Positions 57,585-64,000 of a stretch of 64,000 nucleotides of DNA are shown piece by piece; within the stretch, counting starts at the first letter, position 1; the number at the start of each line of letters is the position of its first letter. Under the pieces are notes generated by a model, which saw only the letters and a list, made by a program, of their open reading frames with translations, was not told the DNA's origin and ran no database searches. Position numbers and translations under genes: made by a program. Source of the stretch: Takakia lepidozioides (Eukaryota > Plantae > Bryophyta); contig CM060733.1 in assembly GCA_030704615.1 (NCBI GenBank), positions 76,384,001-76,448,000 on the forward strand, given 5' to 3'.

Positions 57585-60500
57585 ATGCAGGGAAGAGGGA
57601 CGGTGAGTTTTGTGGTAGCAGTACTAGTCCTGGAGCTCAGGGTTTGCCAAGCAGTAGTTACGGTACAAGACGACAAGTACCCATCGTGCCACACTGGCAA
57701 GGGCACCTCCAAGCTCTATAACTGTGGCTATAAATACAATCACGAGGGCGACAACCGTGTCCATCTTCCCGCCCACGCCACTCCTACCAGGTACTCACCT
57801 TCTGTTTGTGCTCATACGGATGCTGCCCTGATACTTACTGTTGAATTCCATGTATTACATTGGCCTGGCCAGTCTTCCTCTGACTATTATCCTCCTCCTT
57901 CTTGGTTTTTCGACACGCATATTCCGTTGGTTTTCTCTTGTGTTTCCACTCTCTACATACGTTATCTGTGGTGTCCTGTGGACGCCAATCACTTTTTTTC
58001 TGTCTTCTTCTCCTCTCTAGTCTTTTACATATTTACCGCAAAGTAGGTCCGACTACTGGAGCAACCCTTGCCAATGGTTATGATCCCCAGTCTGTTTTGT
58101 CCAAGCAGGACGGAACAGATGCATCAGACCAGAACTCAAGGAACTTCATGTCAATCAGCCAACCGTACAACATTTAAACTACAATTCTATTGGGGGAGAT
58201 AAATTCTTAGTCCTCCACAGGGAAATAGACAGTGAAGAACATTTCTTCTTTCACAGTTCTCTCTACTTTGAAATACTTGGGAGATTCTGTTGTCTATTCC
58301 TAGATACCCAATCTCTCATAGATCTCTTCCATTGCAGATCAGAAATGCTTCACAGCATATCTGCATCAGGCATGAGACAATCCATTGAACTATAGTTATT
58401 TTTGGGCTGCTTATGGAGGGGCCCCCTTTCTTTCTTGTTTAATACTTTCTCTTTTCCCATAAGCTCTTTGAGCTTTCCATCGACGTTATGAAGTATCATT
58501 TCATTTCAATTCTGTTCTTCTCTCCAGTCTGCCTTCCCCTTCAGGCCCCTTTCCTACTCTGTCAAAAGGGGGTTCAAGCTGGTCTCTAGCCACAAGGCAT
58601 GTAAAGCAAAGTTAACGTTACTGTAAATGTATGATGGGCACACTACATCATTCTTGCATGGAAAAAGAACCTGGGAAAAGTGATTGCTGAGGATGCAAGA
58701 GGTTGCATAGACTTCTATTCAGAAAAGCTCACTTTGACTTCCTATCACAGGTACATGATTAAATTAAAAAAAGGGGTTCCAGCAAGTAAAGTGGATGAAA
58801 TCTGCTTGATTGCAGAGACCAACAAAACAGCATATCCAGGCTACTGCATTTCAAAGTATGTTTTCCTTGCCACGCTTTGATCCTTCCTTCCAATCTTGTC
58901 CTGTATGCTGACATGCATATAGGATTCTCTTGGCTCTTGTGATTCTCTTTGTTGGTCATGACCAGCACATGGATGCAAGTGCTAACAAGGCTGCATTCCA
59001 TTGCCTCTCAAGAATTCAGGTACAAAAAGGTCTGGCTGGGAATGCTGATGGTAATGACTGGACAGCACCTACAACAGCTCCTACTCCAAGAGATGGCGGT
59101 AATTGAGCATGTGGAGGTGGAAGGCCAGCTGCGTGTCAGCACCATTATTTCACAGATCAGACCAGCCAGCTGGGGGTTGGATCGCATAGACCATCAGCCA
59201 GGCCAGAACCTGCTGAACCAGATTTACACAGTGAACACAAGTGGTGATGGAGTCCATGTGTATGTCCTTGACACGGTAAGGTGCTCTCACGTTGATCTCA
59301 TAAAATAAGATTTCTGCCCATACACAACAGCTCAATCGATCTCACAGACAATTGCAAGAATACATGTGTCTCAAAAAACAGAGTTTGAAGTTTATAATGA
59401 AAATGCTTCCCAAGGACAGGGAAATCAAAGGATTCAACATCCTCTTGCATACCAATAGTCTCTTGACCATATTGCTCTTTTCCCACTGTCAACCACCAGT
59501 AGCCCATCTCCTATGAACACATGGAGAGGTTGAAGTGAGGTCATAAAGCTCTCGAGGGTGGTGAAGAGACATAAAAAATGAATTTGACTTCCAGTTTGCA
59601 GTGATCAGATGTATATGTACATGGGTTGTTCAATGTACAGGGCATAAGGTGCACCCACCAGGAGTTTTGGTACCAAGATGGAAGACTTGACCAAAACTTG
59701 AAGCCTATCAGTCGGTGCCTCACAGGCTTTGATGGTCTCGGTGACGGTGTTGGCACCCTCGATTGCAATGGCCATGGTACTCATTGTGCAGGTCCTTCCA
59801 CTTCACCCAAAACCCCTATCCTGTCCCACTTTCTGGCCGATATGTATCCGTTCAGAAGCATGGGGGTTTAAGAGAGAATCAGCGAGACGTGTTCATGAAT
59901 GCAAGCAAATGAAGTTCAAAGCACTTGGAGCACATAAATTCAGGAGAAGGAGAAGAGATGCTTGGCTAGACGCTTTGGGGTCTGACCACAGGAAGGATGA
60001 CTGAAGAGGTGCGAAGAGGCAGAGGCTGCAGGACTACCTAAACTGGTTGTAGGGAGGGAGAGGGGGCAGAATGGGATCGGAAAGAGTCAGAGGGCCCCAC
60101 GAGAGAGATATAGCAGGAGAGAGGAAATGAGAGATACAAAGATGCACACATGAAAGGACAGATAAAGGGAACAATCTGAGGGAAAAAGTGGGGCAGGAGT
60201 TGCGTTCTACAGCTGGTGAGAAAGCACATGGAACAATGGACGTGTGTCTCCATTCTGATCTTTTTCTATGACACAAGAATGCTTCAATTACAGTACTTGA
60301 ATTTGGCGTACAGAGTTTGCTGTAAAAGCACTGTCATGCCAAGGGTATAGGTCAATGGCATACTCTCAAGTGATGCAGATGCCAACTGCAGGTTGCGGCA
60401 GCCGGAAACTTCAAGCAAATTACGTGCAATTACTCACCTGCCCGAGCTACTTCCGCCATTGCTGTGGGATCTTCTAACATTTTGAATCTTATGAGTTGGT

Positions 60501-63500
60501 TTTCAAATTACGGAGTCTGCACAACGATTTTTGCACCTGTGAGTAAGCTGTGAACATCCCTGCTTGTTGTTGTAAGAGGTCTACCCAAGGTCAGGCGAGA
60601 CAATACTAGAGTAAGCAGAGGCGAAAGAGGGTGCATGGAGATGGACACGATTTCTTCTCTCTTCCAATCCAATAAGAACATCTTGTATTGAGGAAAACAA
60701 AGCGGGATGGAGTGCAGGGGAGCTGATTGTGAGTTCTTGGAATACCAGCGACATTACCTTCAACACCCTCGGGCACCTCCATGGCTTGCCCCCATGTGGT
60801 ACGTTCCATCTCTTTGCAAAAAGTATACAGTGCTATCTGGTTCCCTTCAGCCCAAACAGCCAGTGCCAACAAGATAAAACGCTAAAATGCTACTGACTGG
60901 ATACCGTCGTAGACTTCACCTTTCCCCATTGTCGGACTCAAGCAGTTGAATCTGCCACAGTGCCAAAGAGATGCTAGTGAGCTTGAAAAGATGGAATCTG
61001 AGTGGGGAAGAAAATAGGGAATGCTTAAAGGCAAGTACAGTTGCAGGTAGGATAGAAAGTGCCACGGAGACAGCATATAGGAAAGTCCTGGGCAAAAACC
61101 AGAACCTAGATTGGCGAGGTCAGGATGTGAAAAACAACGAGGATGAAAGTGCTATGTGTAGGCAGGAGCAGCAGCGCTATTGCTGGGTCAGAATGGTGAT
61201 GCACGACCCTCAGATGTACGCGAGGCTCTGTTGGATGTAGCGGAGCCCAGCAGCTATAGTAGGGCTGTTCTCAAATACCACAACGAAGCTCATCAACGTC
61301 AATATCAAGCAACCCCCGTTCCAAATCCACCCTCGCTCCTTCTATGAGACATTTGAAGGCACCACCCAAATCAGCACTGTCATGATCAAAAGCAAGCCTC
61401 TTCAACTCGTTGTGTTGACACCAACGGTCGACCCAACTATTGGTGAGTAGGGTTCACGTTCGTTATGCAATGCAAGGATTGTGCACAGAATATCTTGTGC
61501 AAAATTTCAAGAGTTCATCAGTGGTTTTGTTAAGAGAGGCCTTCTATCTTTCTCTTCATTACATGAGGTAGGCCTTTGTGCCCTAGAATATGCATGCATG
61601 ACACTCATGTGCCATAATGTGGGAGGAAATTATGCAGGCTACTTTCAACCTGCACAACTTTATTTCACAACAGATGCGAGCTGGTCGGTTGCCCAATCCA
61701 TCAAACTTATACTCCTTCTGAGACCAGGTAACTTTCCTTTCCCCTCAGACAGTGACAGCTTCTTAAGCTGACACACATATGCTGCAGTGCAGTAGGGCTA
61801 TAGTAAACAATTTTTTCTATCTACACAACTAAATCACAAAAGCAAAAAGTGTTAACCAACAATTCTGTCTGGAAACACAAATGGAAACTTGAGGATCAAC
61901 AGTACTGTGGCGACCAATGGAAAACTTAAAACTGTCTTATTGTATGTCAGCTTTTAAAGGTGAGACTTAGTGATTGTTGAAGTTTAACCATGAGTGGCAG
62001 ATTTCTTGGATAAAAGCTCCTTGATTCAATGGGTGTTCACAAGCCAAGATGAACGCTATGACGCTTCTCCAGAAGGCTACGTCATGTCCTTGGACACAGG
62101 TTTGTAAGCCTGCACTTGCTTGAACGTATGCCCAATCATAGATTTGCCCCGCCTATTTTGAAATTCGTCTGTCAAAGTCACCTTGTCCTGGCAGCTTTTG
62201 GGCTTCCTGGTGCTGTTATAGTTCCTTCATTCTCTGTTGCTTTCTCATGAATTTAGCTGGACTCAGTGACGTCTGTGTGCAGGTGTTTGCAAGATGACAG
62301 AGAAAAACCCTTGCGGGCAGACTGCAGACAATCCGAAAATAATACCGGGTGTTCCCATCTATTACTACGACAACTCAAATAATTACAAAAACGTGTATGA
62401 CTCACCGTTCGACTACTGCCACAGCACGGGCCCGGATGTTGTCTTTCAGCACACTCCAATGTCTGACCTGGTGACTTGCTTTCCTCTTTTAGGTGGCATG
62501 TACAGAACATCCTACAATGTTCTCCTGAATCTTTTCTTCCCTTCCTTGCTCCGCATCATGCCACCTTTTTCCCTTTTGCTTCCCACGGCAGGGTATTGAA
62601 GTACTCATCAAGCTTCTGAGGGAACTGCACTACTAGGACAGACAATTCTCGTAATAACAGCTCTAGGGATTTGCGCATTTATCAAACCCAAAAGCGCTGG
62701 AAAGTATCATTTCTGTAGTTTTTCTTTCTAAGGTTAGCGGGGCGGTCAAGAAAGTTCCTATTGTAAGCTGCGAGCAAAACCAAATTCTGTGGCTGGGAGC
62801 ATTCAAACTGCACTTGTTTGTACCGGTTAAGCATAGCCAAAACCAATTAGAATGCATGCAAATCTTTATTAGGACATCACAGGCGGTCACCTTACCTTTT
62901 TTTTGAAAGTATGCTGTACAAAGCAGTCATCAGTGATAAGAATCCCAGAGTCTTTCAGTTACACTTTGTAACCCAAATTAACAGGAAAAAATCACTTAAT
63001 CCATAACAGCATTGACGCAAGGGTGGACTGCTGATGGGGCAGAATGCCACTGTGTCACTATGTGGGCCGAACACCAACTTTGACACAACATTGTCTGTGT
63101 ACGAGAAGGTTCTACTGAACCGAAAATCTCAGCTCAATCGAATTGCCTGCAACGATGACTACTGCAGTGTGCAGTCCTTGCTCTCCAAATTACTGCTGAA
63201 ACAGAATCACACACCTATGTCTTTGTGAGTACCTTTAGATACTGGACATGCTCCCTTGATTGCTCCCACTTTCTTGTCTCCTTTGTAGTAAGTATTACCT
63301 TCTGAGACACAGCCGTCCACGGGCCCCTTAATGGCCCATGTGTAGAGCTGTATGCTCTATCAATTGCAGGATGAAAAATTCTCCTTTCCTTCCAATATCT
63401 TCTGAGTAAACCCAACAATCCAGACTAGATGAGCGTCATATCTAAGGTTCACAAACTGGGACAGTCAAGCTATCAAAGAATGAGTGAGTTACAAGTTGTG

Positions 63501-63646
63501 AATACCTTCTTTGCAGACGGAAATGTGGAATCGCACTGGGCAAGGAAAGGTGTGGTAACAATGAGTTAAGGTGTTTGTGTGTGTGCAGATGGTAGATGGC
63601 TGGGGAGCTGGAGGTCCCTTTGATTTCAATCTTACTGTGCCTGCAG
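57585..63646 (+). pseudogene. Secreted proteinase-K/aqualysin-like S8A protease with I9-like prodomain and C-terminal beta-sandwich/PPC-like domains; multi-exon, apparently lesioned, may continue past the window
   Basis: Signal peptide; SWGLDRID, VYVLDT/GI, DCNGHGTHCA, VAAAGN, SNYG, GTSMACPHV (2-nt deletion just before it); FDTTLSVY...IACNDDYC; VDGWG. Confidence 0.8.
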
Positions 63647-64000
63647 GTAAGGGACACATGGATCCAGTTGCGGTTTAGTCCCCCTTTCTGATCTCTTCAA
63701 GCAAGGCTATGGGTAGGCGTGGCAGGTTGACAGAACTTGAGAGTGGTCTTCTCTCTAGTGAACAAGACCTCAAGCACTTCCTGACAGTCTGAAGCTAGAG
63801 TGCATTTATTAAACCATCAATGTCCGAATCCCAGCTGAACTAGATAATGTCACGATCTGCTCAGGGACTCAAGTATTGGACTAGGCATGGCATTGCACTT
63901 TTCTAGGGTGTAAGCTGGTCCCAAGAAGTGTTCAAGTTAGCGCCTTGTAAGCAGGCAAAGCGTGAGAGTTGGAAAAAGACCCATGGTGAGGGAAGAAACT

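Overview
Eukaryotic, intron-containing and transposon-dense DNA, most likely from a non-seed land plant (inferred from a TIR-NB-ARC-LRR gene, a trihelix fragment and the TE families). Host-type genes are a TNL immune receptor with about 96 LRR units and several lesions (8.2-18.5 kb) and a multi-exon proteinase-K-like S8 protease with bacterial-style C-terminal domains (57.6-63.6 kb). Two TE systems stand out. (1) A large Mutator-like DNA transposon family is present as several partial copies. It combines a GCM-like Zn domain + DDE + SWIM transposase, a divergently oriented multi-exon gene fusing a ParB/Srx-like domain (VWDGNHRL) to a beta-class N4C/N6A DNA-methyltransferase-like domain, and between them an array of a 24-bp palindrome with a 53-bp period. 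(2) A Ty3/Gypsy family carries a DNMT3-like C5 methyltransferase and an integrase-terminal PHD finger. One copy is integrated in a circularly permuted LTR arrangement (B-internal-A-B-A) with a 4-bp TSD and a self-complementary, non-tRNA primer site. Also present are a LINE, a Tourist-like MITE and several rearrangement junctions. All domain calls come from motif recognition by eye, and no database searches were run. Many frameshifts right of about 39 kb may be assembly consensus errors.
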